From assembly GCA_012295275.1 (NCBI GenBank), contig CM022669.1:14136001-14200000 (forward strand): a stretch of DNA of 64,000 nucleotides, written 5' to 3'. Positions 1 to 26,518 of this stretch are shown in pieces. The position numbers were made by a program, and so were the translations under genes. Each line of letters starts with the position of its first letter. The stretch's first letter is position 1. The notes below the pieces were generated by a model. It was not told where the DNA came from. It searched no databases and saw nothing but the letters and a program-made list of their open reading frames with translations. The DNA is from Chrysomallon squamiferum (lineage: Eukaryota; Animalia; Mollusca).

Positions 1-3000
1 CAGATGTTTACCGCAGAATCCACTGTTTCTAATTCTTCAAGTTTTCTCTTCACTGGTTTCCTGAAAAGATGTATGTAACAAATTTAACACACGGTAACAT
101 GCAGCCACTTATGTTAACATATACGAATTACAAATTCATTTAAAACCAAGTTTAAAAAGACAAAATACTTGAAGCAATTTTTATTTTGTTGACTGTCATC
201 AGATGCAAGAAAATGGTATAGATCATATAGGTATATTTCTAAATTCATATTTATGATATTAGTAATTGATTCAACAAGCAGAAATATTAATATTAGCATT
301 TACATTTAGCATTTAAATAGGTTCTAAAGCTGTAACTTGTATGCCATGTTTCCATTCATAATAAGATGCTTTCAAAATCACTGTGACATATTTAAATTTA
401 AAATACTGTAATTTGTAAAAAAAAAAAAGAATATAATAATACTAAACAATAATAAAAAAAAAATTTTAAATGGATTTAATAAAAATATATATATATATAT
501 AAAATAGATTAAATGTATAACAGCATTAAGAAAGTTGTCACATACCGATGAAACACTATCTTTAGATTTAGACAATTAGACAGAACTGAAGAACTACTAC
601 AAACCTGGTTCTTCCAGTTATTTTTGATTTCTTTGAAACTGACTGTTCCTTCCCACTGTGTTTGTTTTTCCTGCTTTCCCTTTCAGACTCTTTGCTTGCT
701 GATTTGTGAATGGAAGTGTTCAAGTGAGAACTTTCACTGTTCAAGATGAGCAACTGTTCATTAATAAAAGCATTGTTCTTTTCAACGTCGTACTCTGGAC
801 TTGTGTCAGAAAAGCTGTCTTCAGTCATATCTCTGCTAGCTGTTGTCATTTCAGGTTTCGTCATTTCTGGAGGTGTATTCATTTCGGATGCTGTCATTTC
901 GGGTATTTTCATTTCAGATGCTATCATTTCAGGTATTTTCATTTCGGATGCCGTCATTTCAGGTGTATTCAATTCAGGTATTTTCATTTCGGAAGCGGTC
1001 ATTTCAGGTATTTTCATTTCGGATGCCGTCATTTCAGGTGTATTCAATTCTGGTATTTTCATTTCAGATGCCGTCATTTCAGGTGTTCTTATTTCACACA
1101 TACTCATTTCAGGTGTATTCATTTCGGGTCTTCTTATTTCAGGTGTACTTGTTTCAGGTGTATTCAATTCCAGAATTTTCATTTCAGATGTTGTCGTTTC
1201 AGGTCTTCCAATTTCAGGTGTACTTATTTCAGATGTGTTCAGTTCCGGTAGTGTCATTTCAGATGTTGTTATATCAGGTGTACTTGTTTCAGGTGTATTC
1301 AATTCAGGTGTATTCAATTCAGATATTTTCATCTCAGATGTTGTCATTTCAGGTGTACTTGAATCAGGTATATTTAATTCTGGTATTCTCATTTCAGATG
1401 CTGTCATTTCAGGTATTCTCAATTCAGATGTACTTGTTTCAGGTGTTCTTATTTCAGGTGTTCTTGTTTCAGGTGTTCTTATTTCAGGTGTACTTGTTTC
1501 AGGTGTTCTTATTTCAGGTGTTCTCATTTCAGGTGTTCTTATTTCAGGTGTTCTTATTTCAGGTGTACTTGTTTCAGGTGTTCTTATTTCAGGTGTTCTT
1601 ATTTCAGGTGTACTTGTTTCAGGTGTTCTTATTTCAGGTGTACTTGTTTTAGGTGTTCCTGTTTCAAGTATTTTCATTTCAGATGTTGTCATTTCAGGTG
1701 TATTTAATTCATTTATTCTCATTTCAGATGTCATTCCAGGTGTGCTTGTTTCAGGTGCATTCATTTCAGACATTCTTATTTCAGGTATGTTCATTTCTCG
1801 TGTTCCCGTTTCAGTTATTTTCATTGCAGATGTTGTTATTTCAGGTGTTCTTGCTTCAGGTGATTTTACCTCAGGAGTTATGTTCTCGTCAGACACACCA
1901 TTTCTACCCAAGCCTGTATCTGTATCACTATCCTGTTTGGCATCAGAATGATCTGTTTCTAGCACTGCATTAGAACTGGGTGTTCCAGTAGATGTGATAA
2001 AATAAAGAGTCGAATCACTGTCTACTAAATTATCACTCACCGCTAAAGACAACTGCGAACTGTCGTCGGATTTTCTAATTTCTGGTGAAACATTATCAGT
2101 GATGCTCAGTGTATTAGTTACTGCTGGACACACCAAAACATTTATATTACTGGCCTCTGCTGATGAATAACCCTTTATACCTGGTACTTCATTCGTTGGT
2201 GGAAACATTTCAGAATCTTCATTAAGCAAGCTAACTCCCAATGATGTATTATCACTGATCCCTGATGTATCAGTCACTAGTGAAAAAGTAGGTTTATTAA
2301 TTCTTTTAGTTTCTGGTGATTCACTGCCACATCTGGAAATTTTTCTATGAATTGGTGAAGATCTGCACTTAGTTAAATGTTCATTTTGTCCACCAGTTTT
2401 GTTTTTCCTCACATCATTACTGTGTATTGGAGAACTGTGACATACGCTCAAGTTTATACCCTTATCATCATCATCAGAAAATGATTTGTCATCCATTGTC
2501 AAAGGTTCTCTAAATGTTGTATTTCTGTCACTGTTATCCAACTGTAAAATGATACTGTCACTTTCCACATTCCCTGATTCCATGTTTTCATGAATTTCTG
2601 TTTGTGTCAATTCCTTCTCTTCAACAGTTACATGCTCCTCGCATTTAGGTGAATGGTGAAATAAGTATTTTTTGTTTTCAACACTGATTTTGTCAACCAC
2701 TGTTCCAATACTAGACACATTTCCAGTCAAGTTACTGGTATCATGAACTCTTTTCAAACTCTTTTTGATTACAGGACTTTGACTGACATTGTCAATTTTT
2801 TTCAAAGGATCTGATTTCGAACCTTGACCAACATCATCAAATCTTTTTAATGGATGATCTGATTTAACCGTTGAACACTGACTGACTACATCAAAACCAA
2901 TACGAAGTTTTGACTTCAGGTCATCTGCTGCTGAAAGTTTTGCAAAGGTGCCATCATCATCATGATTATCAACTGATTCGATATCCACAAACTCATCCAC

Positions 3001-3404
3001 GTCATCAGTGTTGTCAATGTTCACATCCGTGGCATCTATCTGATTACCGTCTGAAATATTTCCAGTTTTGTTTTCTATTACTTGCTTAGTAACATGTGTC
3101 TCACAAATACTATCACTGGACTGCACAACATCACTGCAAGAACTTGAAATTTCATTTTCATGTGCATCAGTGGTGTCTGATATCGATTCAAAGCTGCTGT
3201 TTCCAAAAATGACTGTGTTTTGTGAGCCGACAAATGTCCTTCAGAATCAGATGTGATTATCCGTACATCGATTACAAAATCAACCTCACTGGAGCTGTAA
3301 GTAACATCATCATTTTCTTCTTCAGTTTCATCAGTCTTTGTGCAGTCACAGCCAGACACATCAGTTGTAAATGAACTGTTTTCCATCTTCTCATTATCAT
3401 CCAT
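1..3404 (-). CDS. Unknown large, intrinsically disordered protein with a pentapeptide (xxTPE/xxxPE) repeat array; gene continues past the window start; frame break near 3240
   Basis: Acceptor attacAG at 3417-3416, ATG at 3404 (MDDNEKMENSS...). The frame switches near 3240 into the 852-aa ORF (568..3126). Donor ACCAG|GTTTGT after 605 (phase 2) matches acceptor cttttcAG| at 62-61, and exon 60->1 reads R-KPVKRKLEELETVDSAVNI in the same phase. No family recognised. Confidence 0.75.
845..1860 (-). repeat. Coding 15-bp minisatellite (about 65 units; + strand consensus ATTTCAGGTGTTCTT) encoding TPEIR/TPETS/IPEMT/ASEMK pentapeptides
   Basis: 15-nt periodicity is directly visible; translation shows RTPEI/STPEI/KIPEM/TASEM units. 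Confidence 0.95.
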
Positions 3405-5236
3405 ATTGCAAACATCTGTAATATTATATATATGATGTTAAAATTGTACATAGATTTCTACTGATTTTTTTCTAAAGTGCATCATTTCTTTCAGTTACTC
3501 TTGTTCTGACACAACAACATCAATATCATTATTACCAAAAAACATTTAAAAATGATGTGATTATTATTAGTATTATTTCAATTACAGGTTTTTATCCAGC
3601 AAGTTTTTTTTAGACCAAACGTGGTTTGGATTTTTGAATGTTAATTTTCTGGATACGGGCCACATCATTACTTAAAATATAAAATAAACAATGATAAACA
3701 AACAGTGAAACTGTATTTAACAGATACAAATTAATAAACTTCTAAAGAGGGGTTTGTTTGATATTTTATTAATTTACAGTATATTCAATTCAAATTCTTA
3801 AAATACCTACAAGTACAGAACACACTTTTCACTAGCATGCTGGGTTTCCGTTATGGTAGATATGGGTTAGATATTGTAAAAAAAGAAAATGAGAAAAAAC
3901 TAAAACAAACAATAACTTATTGTGACAGGATAACATGCACGTAGCAACACTCTCACTTGAACTGGTGTCACAGATATTAAAACAAAGCATGCCTAATTCA
4001 AAAGCAGCATTTTTTTCATGATTATCCACTTTTCTGGACTAATCTAACAATCAGTGATAATTTATAAAGCATATGTTTAGCAAATATATAAAATGTAATT
4101 TCATACAATTATTATGATTTACAAGCAAATGTCTTATTACTGAACTTATTAGTTAATTTTTATTTTTGTTGTTTTTATTTGTTTTGTTTCATGTTATTAT
4201 TAATTTTTTGTGTGTGTGTTTTTTTTTTTAAGGTCACTTTATGCATAACCATAATGCAAAATCACCTTCACAAATTATTTACTGTTAGAACTATGTAGAA
4301 ATTTTATTTTAATATATCTTTAAAATGTTATTAAATTGTGTTTGCTAGCAGCAGTTGCTCCCTAGTCATTAAATATTTAATGTTAATCTAGGAATCACTT
4401 AATGAAGGATTAGGTTTATTAACACTCAAACACATTTTAATACTTGTGATTACAAAGCGTGTTATGTGCAATTTTTACATGTTACCAGCAAGAAATTATT
4501 TTAGTTCATCTTTCCAATAACAGGAAAATATACATCATGTCTACTGTTAAATTAATCACAGGGCACAAACTGTGATGGTAACTAGTCCACAGGGTGCCAG
4601 GATAGGTTTTATTTGCTGCCTATCAGATTATCATCCCTTAAACTGTTAACTGTGAATAAGCAACAGGCAAAGCTCATTTCATCAATACAGCTACATTTCA
4701 TAAACATATTACTGCCATATATTTGGTAAAATCCAGTATTAAAATGATCTTTTGGTTGAGGCAATATGAATATCAGTGTAATTACTTCTGTTTTCTAATT
4801 TTTATTAACTTCAAAATATAATAATTATAATACCTTAATATCAACACTTAAGTACTTATGTTCATTTAACAGTAAAAACACATAATGATATTCATAATGA
4901 TAATCATGTCCATTATTAATTTATTTATTTTCGATAATAATTTATTATCGAAATTTTAAATTTGTTATAATATTTTTCGCTCAAAATGTCAACACAATAA
5001 TTTGACTGGGGGTCAAACTGAGACAGTTATAGCGACGATACGTCGATACTGAGAGTAACAGTTGTTGAATGACAGCTAATGTCACAATCCTGACAATGTG
5101 ACTTCACTCTGCAGTTATTGATCTCTTCAGTTACAGACGATATTTGTTGCTACTGTTTTTACGTTCTTTCATATAGAAATAAATTAAAGTCATATACATG
5201 TTTTTCTTAATATTTACGAAACTGCTTATAACTTAC

Positions 5237-5340
5237 GATATTAGACGAGCAGTATTTCAGACATGTTTGGCCATTTATTTATTACTATTACAGAACATAC
5301 ACAAAAGCGCCATTTTCGTTTTCATCTGGAAACTTCCGGT
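5237..5340 (-). promoter_or_regulatory. Probable promoter and non-coding first exon of gene 1 (ETS and YY1 motifs, GTAAGT donor)
   Basis: Minus strand shows ACCGGAAGT (ETS, 5340-5332), AAAATGGCG (YY1-like, 5316-5308) and a perfect donor ATATC|GTAAGT at 5236-5231. It is a CpG-richer patch in AT-rich DNA. Confidence 0.6.
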
Positions 5341-6009
5341 TTTTTGATAATATCTTCTTTGATTTTATTTCCTCACTATTCGAAAAAATAAAATAATAAA
5401 AAGCATGAACTCAAACAGGACCGTATAGCAATGAGAAACATTTTAAATTGTTGCAATGTTATATTAATGTGTTTAATATTTTAAAATTACATATAAACAA
5501 TTATTAAATCGATAAACTGAAATTAAAACTTAAAGAAAAATTCATGTTGTTTATCTTATTGTTATTTATTTACAACGAAATATTTATCTCCTTTGCACTG
5601 TAAATGTAAGAAAGCACATTAATACACTGCAAAAATTCTAAAATTCACAAATATTTAATAAATGAACGAATACTAACAGGTCAAGACCTTCAACAATAAT
5701 TAATGAACTACTAATATACTGAACAAACAAATTTAGGGACATGGAATGTGTGTTCACTGTTCTCAAGGCGAGTGGGATATATTTCTTGACAAAAACAAGA
5801 TTCAACAGTAAATTCTGTTCACAAAATAATGAATTTTTTTTTTTGTGTTAAAAATTATGGAGGTTTAATATGCAGTTTGTATTTATTTATACATTCATTT
5901 CTTTTAATATTTTGCAATTTCTTCTCTTTTTTTTTTTTTTTTTTTTTTATTTATTTATTTACTTCGTATGATTTTCAAGTACTACTTACTACAGAATACA
6001 CCACTGGTG

Positions 6010-8115
6010 ACATAAGATTTTGCTTACACTCACAAAGTGGAACCATTTATGCAAAGTGAGTTCACACGTCTTGATCCCATGCCCATATAAGAACAAATCC
6101 TCACGAATTACATCCCTTTTCTTCTTCATAAACTTAAAGTTATTATTGCTGAAGTATTTAAAACAATTACCTAAAGTCACAACAACTCAGAAAAAATGTT
6201 TAAAACATTTTTTTTTTTTTTTTTTTTATTAATCAAACTACATATAATATTTAGAAAAGACAAACAAATTAACAGTATGATAGGAAAATGTTCTTACTAA
6301 TAAATATGCTAGCATACATCATTAAACAGTCAATCAATATAATATATAACCAGTGTTTATATATAATTTTTTTTCTAAAAGTCTAAAAATAATAATAATA
6401 AACAAAGAAGGGTACTTTTAATAGCACTTTTCAAATTTGTGTAGTTCAAAGTAACAAAAACAAAAAAACATTACTGTCTCCATGGCACTGTTGGTTCAAA
6501 AATTAGTTTTGAATAAAATGCATAAAAAGATTACAACATTAACAAAACAACAATATTTCTTTAAAAAAAATGTGGGAAAAGAAGAACAGCAGTACAATGC
6601 TTAATAAATTATTATCGTGTAAAAAGTTTCAAAAATGATTGTAGAAATGATAAAGTAATTATAAAACAGACCCTGCAAGAACAAATGGAGGAAAACATTG
6701 TGAAGAGATTTCATTCCTAACACTGAACATTTGTTGTCTGCAAGTGAAAACGGACCATAAAACAATAACAGTTCAGTTTGTTCATCAAGGCACAAACCAG
6801 TATGTAACAGATTCATCATTTATCATTTCAAAACATCAGCAGATAACAGAACCAGGTTTCAAATCACAGACAATTCTTAATAAGTGATTCAGAAAAAAAA
6901 AATTTAAAAAAGAAGGAAATATTTCTAATCAACTATAGAAATACAAGAAATATATAACATAAAATATACAACTTTTTGAAATATTATAAACAATAGACAA
7001 TACACATTTTTACTTTTTTTTTTTTCTATAGTTTTACAGCATTATATATATTATGGTTAACCTGAGGGTACTTTATATTTATTTTATTTTTTTTATTATT
7101 TTTATAAAAATAAAACAAAAAATTAAACAAAATACATATAACATCTCAAAAACTGGAGAAAAAACATCTGAAAAACCAGCTGTGAGGGGACACAGGCAAG
7201 AACTGGATAATGTCCAGAGGGCAGAATTGATGACATGTTGCTGGAGACAACTAACAAAGAATTTAGTGGTCTTCAGCCCATGCAGATAGCAACAAATTCA
7301 AGAATATGATGGCAAAAATGTCATTGGCATGATTAGTAATAACACATTTATGCATAGTTTAATATGTCTTAGTTAAAAACAACAATCAAAAAGATTACTA
7401 ATCCAATCCATATTTCTGATTATAAGATATATATATATATAAAACACTAATACTACTAATAGCAACTGAAAACAATAGCAGTGGTTTTGTCTACTATCTA
7501 CAATAATAATAATACTAATGATAATAATAATAATAACAAAAATGTCATTGGCATGATTAGTAATAACACATTTATGCATAGTTTAATATGTCTTAGTTAA
7601 AAACAACAATCAAAAAGATTACTAATCCAATCCATATTTCTGATTATAAGATATATATATATATAAAACACTAATACTACTAATAGCAACTGAAAACAAT
7701 AGTAGTGGTTTATGTCTACTATCTACAATAATAATAATAACAAACTACATACATTTTTCCTTACTAATGATTAAACATAATAACAAGTTAATGACAATGC
7801 ATGATTAAGATTTATGTTTTCTTTCAGTCACAATGTCAGACAATCTACAGAATTTGTGTTTTATTTTAAATATCTGATAAACTTCGTGTTGCTAACTTTG
7901 CAGCAACATGATACATCTGTTGTTTTTCAATTTCTTACTGACATAAGCTTTTGCTTACACTCACAAAGTGGAACCATTTATGCAAAGTGGGTTCATACAT
8001 CTTGATGCCATTTATCTTTTTATTTTTTTATTTTTTTGTTCCTCATGAATTACATCCCTTTTCTTCTACATAATGTTATTATTGCTGAAGTATTTAAAAG
8101 AATTACCTAAAGTCG
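6010..8115. repeat. Dispersed direct duplication of about 175 bp (6010-6180 and 7940-8115)
   Basis: Both copies share TTTTGCTTACACTCACAAAGTGGAACCATTTATGCAAAGTG ... GAATTACATCCCTTTT ... GTTATTATTGCTGAAGTATTTAAAA ... ATTACCTAAAGTC. Confidence 0.9.
7313..7740. repeat. Near-perfect tandem duplication, 224-bp period, 2 copies
   Basis: CAAAAATGTCATTGGCATGATTAG starts at 7313 and again at 7537; the copies differ at only a few bases. Confidence 0.95.
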
Positions 8116-8541
8116 CATAAAGGCTCGTTAAAAAATCAAATATCTCTTTCCATTTATCCTGCATTCATTCTGTTGTACTGTGTGATAAGCAAACTAGCCA
8201 TTCAAATGAATTTGAAAAAAAAAAAAAACTTTTATGTATTTGTGATCAAAGGTAAAACAGCAGTTTAAACTTCTGAATATTATTTTTTTTTTAAAACGAA
8301 CTGTATTTATACAGCAAACAGATTTTTACATGAGTCTGTGTGTTTGTGTGTGTGTGTGTGTACATTTGTAGGGTGTGTACATGTGAATGCCTGTGTATAT
8401 GTATATGCATGTGTGACAGTGTCCACTGTATGTACTTGCTTGTCTATATGTATGTGTGCACATATATATTATTCTGTTGAACAGATGATATTCTGTACTA
8501 TAAAGTTGACTTTTGATTTTTCTTTAAGTCATCCTGATATT

Positions 8542-22738
<14,197 letters not shown>

Positions 22739-23613
22739 ACTTTTATCAGGTTCTGAAATTAAGAAAAATGATTAAAGAATTCTCAAATAATGGTAAAAAC
22801 AGAGCAAAATGTTGTTGATGATGATGATGCTAAGTAAAAATCGTTAAAACCCAGCCTTCCAACTAATATTTTTCTGCTAAAGAGAAATAAAATAGCTCAA
22901 AACCACCTTATGCTTATTAATGTAAATTTTATGAAAGACTACAGTGAATATTTTTTATTTGCATAATGCATTATATGAATGAGAAATTACTTTTGTTATG
23001 TTGATCTCATTTTACACTGAATATTGTTAGATTAAAAAGACATCATAACAGTGTTAAAAAGAAATTATAACCAGAGAACTTTTCAGAATTTACTTCAAGA
23101 TTTTGTCATTATTTTATGTAAAATATTTTCTTCACTTATTTTATTTTATTTAGACTAACTTATACACTTAGCTTGTCAAAAATATTTTGTTTCACTTATT
23201 TTATCAACAATATTTATCTTCATTTGTTTTATGAACAATATTTCTTCATTTGTTTTATCAATAATATTTTCTTCACTTGTTTTATGAACAGTATTTTGTT
23301 CGCTAGTTTGTCAACATGTCTAGCATTAGAATCAAATGCATTAATGGATATGAAAATGAAACAGTCATGTGACTTGTGTTGCTGTTATTCATGTCTTTGG
23401 TTGTTGCTAGTATTTTTGGGATTGATATATTGATGAAATGTATCGGTAATCTTCAAAATATGGACCGTAAATTTATAATAACTTTTCCTGGAAAGAAATA
23501 AAATGTCCCCTAACATAAATGTTGTAAGTTTGTGAATAAAAATTCCTGTAAGAGCTTACAACTTATTACTGTTTATAAATTTAAATGAAATAAATTTGTC
23601 TTTGTGTACTTAC

Positions 23614-23730
23614 GTTCACTCCCAGTACGGTGTTGCGTACAAATGAAGAACAAAACAAAATTGTTCTCCTCGAAACCAAATCGAAAGTGGACCGCTTCCA
23701 CGAACTGGGTCAGGTGACTTCCTGATTAGC
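23614..23730 (-). promoter_or_regulatory. Probable promoter and non-coding first exon of gene 2
   Basis: Minus strand shows CAGGAAGT (ETS) overlapping GTCACCTGAC (E-box, one mismatch from GTCACGTGAC), a CpG-richer patch, and donor GAAC|GTAAGT at 23613-23608. The next acceptor tttctttccAG lies near 23488. Confidence 0.55.
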
Positions 23731-26042
23731 TCAGGCTATATTAAGCGATAAAAGAAATATTAATGGAGCGAGTTAAAGATTAGTGTGCTGATGATGATGG
23801 AAGCGACCTTCATTTCATTTATGTTGTGAAATGATTATTTCTCTGGCTGTCTGAAATTTTAATCGTAACTGTCATATTTAATTCGAAATATGAAATTAGT
23901 TTCTTTGTAAATGAAAAATATATAAAGTTGAATTTTTGTGCTTAACGCACCTTCTCTTATCTTGTAACACTAGAGACGTTACTATAGTGTTGATTACGCC
24001 CAAGAAAACTGATGACAAATAAATAAATAAAAATGAAAGACACCACTTTAAAGCTGTAGTTTAAATATATTTATTTGTACCCATTGCACTGTTAACAATT
24101 TCATGGTAGTTACGTCTTGGCGTAACTACAGCCTTAAATTTATTATTATTATTATTAAATAAAATTATGTTATGTAAATATCTATACCGAGAAAAAAAAC
24201 TCTTCCGCATTTGATGTTGCTGAAAATAATGTCAAACTGTAACAGGCTAATAAACACTGTAACAATCGAAACAACCTATTGTTTACTATTCTTAAACTGA
24301 ATATAAAGAGTATGTAAATAATAACCGTTAAATACTGCAAACGTAATTTAATTCAACAATGTATAATTTATCAGTACAATAATGATGTTGTTGCAAATTC
24401 ATTACAGTTCTCAAAGTTCAGTTGGACAAATGGAAGGAGACACTAACCTTTCCACTAGCAGCAAACTGATGGAATTGAAAATGTTGTACAAACTGAAAAA
24501 TCTTGCCTCCTTCTCCACAGCATAAAAACCTGAATATGCCCATGAGTAAAACAGGTGTTTTTGTTGTTTGTTTGTTTGCTGTTTTTGTTTTTGGTTTTTT
24601 AAAATTAATGTCTGTAACAATATTGGTTATTGAAAATAAGACTGTTTCTGGATGGACGAGTGGCTGATACTGATATTGGTTGTCAGTAATGCTAGAGCCA
24701 AAGCTGAAGACTGAAATTTGCCTAAAGTAACTGAAGATGATTTGAACACGTAGCTTTTTTATTATTAATTTTTTGCATGAATGTGTCAGAAAAAGAAAGA
24801 TGGACAACATTAAGTAATGTATTTTCTTTCTGTACCGAGTTATAAAATAATAATTTGTGAATGTATATACATGTGTTTGTTATAATATGTTTATAAACAC
24901 AACATCAACGTTAATAATTCATTAATTAATAACAGAAATTCCAATGCTTATCTCAGAATATATGCAAGTTTATTGACTTCAACAATTCCTGACACATCTG
25001 GTTTTAAAAAGAAACAAAAACAGACCAGTTCAATAAAACAGCTGTAACAAAAATTGCATTCATAAAATCTCACAGCCAATCAAAATAATGGAACTAATAC
25101 ATGCAAAATCACAACTAATCAAAATAGTATATCGTAAAATCTACAGCCAATCAAACTAAGTAATTCAAAAGCGCTGCCAAGCAGTACATATTATATCAAA
25201 ACCTTAGCCAGATTGAAATGTACAAAATTATAGTAAATAGAAACAGAAAACTGACTGTTTGAATGATAAACTAGTATGACTAGAATTAGGCTGAACATGA
25301 CTGTTCCAAGTATTATGATCTTCCAACAGTTTTATTTATAATTAATCGGTTCCATGTGTAGAATATAGCTTAATGTCCTGGGTATCAAAATAGACTACCA
25401 TTTAAAAAAGAAGAAACTAAAAATTCACAGATTTCAAATATATTTGTCCAGCATAGTTTAAACTGCAGTTAAATGTCTGTTTGTAAACTCTGATAAATCA
25501 TTCTCATGAATCATTTTGTATGAATTGTACTTTATTAGGACATGGATTTAAAATAATTATAATAATAATGGGCATTAATTGATAAAAGAATATAAAATAG
25601 CAGATTTTCATTGTTATTTCTCTCCCAGTATGCATCTGCACTGTCAGATTACATGTCTACCTTTAACAACATTTTCATTTCTTCCAAGATTTTTTTAAAA
25701 ACCAGTTAAGTGATTTAATGAAAATGTACAATACGTCATTCTTTGTTTTAAATCTTTCATAATACATGACAATAACTTTAACACACAGAAGATGACAGTC
25801 ATTTTCATTACATTTAAGGATGCATTTTGTGGATCAGTTTTATTCGTTATTTATTTGTTATTGTTAAAATCATTAAGTTATTGTAAGAATGCAATAGTTT
25901 ACTTCCAGCAGACAACTAACTTATCTCTAATGTCATAGGGAATGAAGAGTAAATTAAAATAAATCAATTAATTAATTAATAATAATAATAATAACAATAA
26001 TAATAATTATAAAAAAAAATCAGCTAATCATTTAAAGAGTGC

Positions 26043-26340
26043 AATACAAAATATTAATCTGAGATTACAATATAAAATTCAGACAGTTCAATACAAAATA
26101 TTTCTCTGAGATTGCAATATAAAATTCAGACAGTTCAATACAAAATATTTCTCTGAGATTACAATATAAAATTCAGTTAGTACAATACAAAATATTATTC
26201 CGAGACTGCAATATAAAATTCAGACGGTACAATGCAAAATATTTCTCTGAGATTACAATATAAAATTCAGTTAGTACAATACAAAATATTATTCCGAGAC
26301 TGCAATATAAAATTCGGACAGTACAATACAAAGTATTAAT
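26043..26340. repeat. 47-bp minisatellite, about 6.3 copies
   Basis: Unit AATACAAAATATTTCTCTGAGATTACAATATAAAATTCAGACAGTTC at 26043, 26090, 26137, 26184, 26231, 26278, and partial at 26325. Confidence 0.93.
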
Positions 26341-26482
26341 TACAGTACACAATTCTGAGAGTATAAAGCAAAATATCAGGATTAGAACCAAAACAGGTAA
26401 TTAATATTCTTCATACTGTACACTGAACATGAACACTTCAACAAAAAAATTAAAAATAAATAAAGATTAATAACAATAAAAA

Positions 26483-26518
<36 letters not shown>

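Noticed and set aside
706-1973. Four long plus-strand ORFs (181, 401, 269, 106 aa)
   Set aside because: Antisense shadows of the stop-poor 15-bp coding repeat; the minus frame has the splice sites and extends far beyond the repeat.
23791-23854. Possible C/D-box snoRNA (ATGATGA ... CTGA)
   Set aside because: Box C lies in a (GAT)n run, there is no terminal stem, and no rRNA/snRNA guide was recognised.
24418-24810. 130-aa minus-strand ORF
   Set aside because: Crosses a low-complexity T/G tract; no recognisable domain or consistent splice signals on that strand.
26043-26340. CRISPR-like appearance of the 47-bp array (also the 59-bp array at 40768-41160)
   Set aside because: Contiguous tandem units without unique spacers, eukaryotic context, no cas genes.
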